From a virus (Duplodnaviria; Caudoviricetes): a stretch of 34,796 bases of DNA. The position numbers were made by a program, and so were the translations under genes. A model generated the notes under the pieces. It ran no database searches, had not been told where the DNA came from, and saw only the letters and a program-made list of their open reading frames with translations. Positions 33,450-34,796 of this stretch are shown here, piece by piece. The stretch's first letter is position 1. Every line of letters starts with the position of its first letter. The stretch lies in the IMG/VR virus record IMGVR_UViG_3300044667_000052, positions 1-34,796 of that record. One strand, given 5' to 3'.

Positions 33450-33656
33450 ATGCGATCCGATGAAAGGAAACAACCGGCGGTGACGCACCTCGAATACACG
33501 ACCGACACCGCTGCGGTGGCCGCAATAGCAAGCCCGCTCTGGCTGCCGACCCTTCATACCGTCTCCGAACTGGCGGCCCTGATCGTGCCGATCCTCGGCG
33601 CGCTCTGGCTGGCGGTTCAAATCGCGACCAAGCTCTATACGTTCTTCAAGGGCTGA
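33450..33656 (+). CDS. Holin-like membrane protein
   Basis: AVAAIASPLWLP and LIVPILGALWLAVQI hydrophobic segments. Alternative GTG start at 33480. Confidence 0.7.
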   Translation: MRSDERKQPAVTHLEYTTDTAAVAAIASPLWLPTLHTVSELAALIVPILGALWLAVQIATKLYTFFKG

Positions 33657-33665
33657 CCCTCCGAC

Positions 33666-34010
33666 ATGCTCAGACCTGCCTTGGCGTTCGCGCTGCTCTG
33701 CGCGGTCGCGATGCCCTGTCATGCCCGGGATGCCAAGCCGCGCAAGTGGTGCGGCTGGTACGCACGGCACTATCTGGTCAGCCATGACCCGGGCCCGGCC
33801 TACAATCTCGCCCGGAAATGGGCTGGCTACGGAAGCCACGCAGAAGGCCCAGCAATAGGCGCGCTGGTCGTCTGGGCTCATCACATCGGCCAGATCGTAG
33901 GACGCGCCAGCGACGGCCTGTGGCTCGTCAGGAGCGGCAACGATGGCAACCGGGTCAGGACAAGGCCAAGATCGGTTGCGCGAGCGATTGCCTTTCGGTG
34001 GCCGCCATGA
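33666..34010 (+). CDS. Secreted CHAP/NlpC-P60-like cysteine hydrolase
   Basis: Signal peptide. WCGWY, HHIGQI and SGN give a Cys-His-Asn arrangement. Confidence 0.65.
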   Translation: MLRPALAFALLCAVAMPCHARDAKPRKWCGWYARHYLVSHDPGPAYNLARKWAGYGSHAEGPAIGALVVWAHHIGQIVGRASDGLWLVRSGNDGNRVRTRPRSVARAIAFRWPP

Positions 34011-34150
34011 GCCGCAATTTCGGGGTTCGGCGCCGCCGGCAGGACATGGAGCGGATCCGGCGCATCGATCGGTATTCGCTGGCCTGTCTGATTGTCATCG
34101 TTATTGGCGTGTGCCTGCTAGTCGCGGCGCTCGCATCGAGATCAGGGTAA
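34007..34150 (+). CDS. Small single-TM protein
   Basis: ATGA overlap. Basic N-terminus followed by LACLIVIVIGVCLLVAALA. Confidence 0.55.
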   Translation: MSRNFGVRRRRQDMERIRRIDRYSLACLIVIVIGVCLLVAALASRSG

Positions 34151-34206
34151 CCATCCCCTGATGCCGGGAGCGATCCCGGCTCTGCGTCTACCCCTCCCAA
34201 CGACTG

Positions 34207-34239
34207 GCCCCGCTGGCTTCACGCTGGCGGGGCTTTTTT
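34207..34239 (+). terminator. Rho-independent terminator ending the late operon
   Basis: GCCCCGCTGGC-TTCAC-GCTGGCGGGGC followed by TTTTTT. Confidence 0.88.
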
Positions 34240-34320
34240 CGTGTTCTCGCAGGGCGGTCTCACGGCACGTTAGCAAATAGATGGTTCATGACGACCGCTC
34301 TGTTGCGTCTATACTGAATG

Positions 34321-34397
34321 TGATCCCCGTTCCGGGGATCGAACCCGGATGCTTCCCGCGCCGACTCGAACGGCGCTTTCTGGCACCTGCCACGGGG
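34321..34397 (-). ncRNA. tRNA-like element or pseudo-tRNA with two T-loop hairpins
   Basis: CCCCGU/ACGGGG closing stem; GCGCCG-UUCGAGU-CGGCGC; CCGGG-UUCGAUC-CCCGG; ends A-UCA. Confidence 0.5.
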
Positions 34398-34676
34398 CGA
34401 AAGGCATGGCCTGTTTGCGTTCAGAAGGCTGGCCACCATTTGCCCTCTAGCCAAAGATAAAGGTAGGCGTAACCGGGATGCCTTTTGCGCCACTTGTTGG
34501 CGGCGTTCAGAGTGAAAAACTCCCGCGTGCACGTCCAGTTATCCATTACAGTTACGCAATATCGTCGCAGCTTCATGCTTCTCGCCTCAATGTCCGCCGA
34601 TCATATACGCCACGACCGCTGCTAGGATCACCAGCACCATGCAGCAGGCTATGAATCCGCCCCGGCGGTGAAGGCA

Positions 34677-34796
34677 TCAATGGCGGCAAGAAATGCTTTA
34701 ATGCGATCGTCCTCCTCGCTGTCGGAGACGGGGAAAGTCATTGGCTTCTGTCTGCGCTCAACAATTGTGATGTAAGCGGCGGCGGTCACCTGATGG
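34677..34796 (-). CDS. C-terminus of a gene entering from the right edge
   Basis: Open frame ...HQVTAAAYITIVERRQKPMTFPVSDSEEDDRIKAFLAAI-stop. Start lies outside the window. Confidence 0.4.

Noticed and set aside
34260-34532. 90-aa minus-strand ORF
   Set aside because: No SD or motif, and it overlaps the structured tRNA-like element.

Overview
The window is most of a temperate, GC-rich phage or prophage genome. The gene families suggest an alphaproteobacterial (Rhizobiales/Nitrobacteraceae-like) host, which is an inference. From left to right it contains: the first leftward early gene, cut by the window edge and ending in SAAx repeats; a lambda-like immunity switch (paired 17-bp operators at PL and PR, a short cI, cro); early and replication genes (DnaA domain-IV protein, PD-(D/E)XK nuclease, DUF1376-type initiator with internal iterons); an IS1595-family (ISNwi1-type) element at 5927-7889 carrying a HEPN-like passenger gene; small accessory genes; a podovirus-type morphogenesis module (terS, terL, portal, scaffold, major capsid, adaptor, fibres, nozzle, ejection proteins, collar-domain fibre); an antisense FkbM methyltransferase moron; and a lysis cassette. 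No integrase or att site is visible. The most unusual signals are two minus-strand tRNA-like RNAs without a normal D-arm (one with Ala/tmRNA-type identity elements, one with two tandem T-loops), a fibre module with an ATC-start subunit and a 13-repeat protein, the cargo-carrying IS, and a small membrane peptide whose Shine-Dalgarno can pair with its own coding sequence. All family assignments come from motif recognition; no database search was run.
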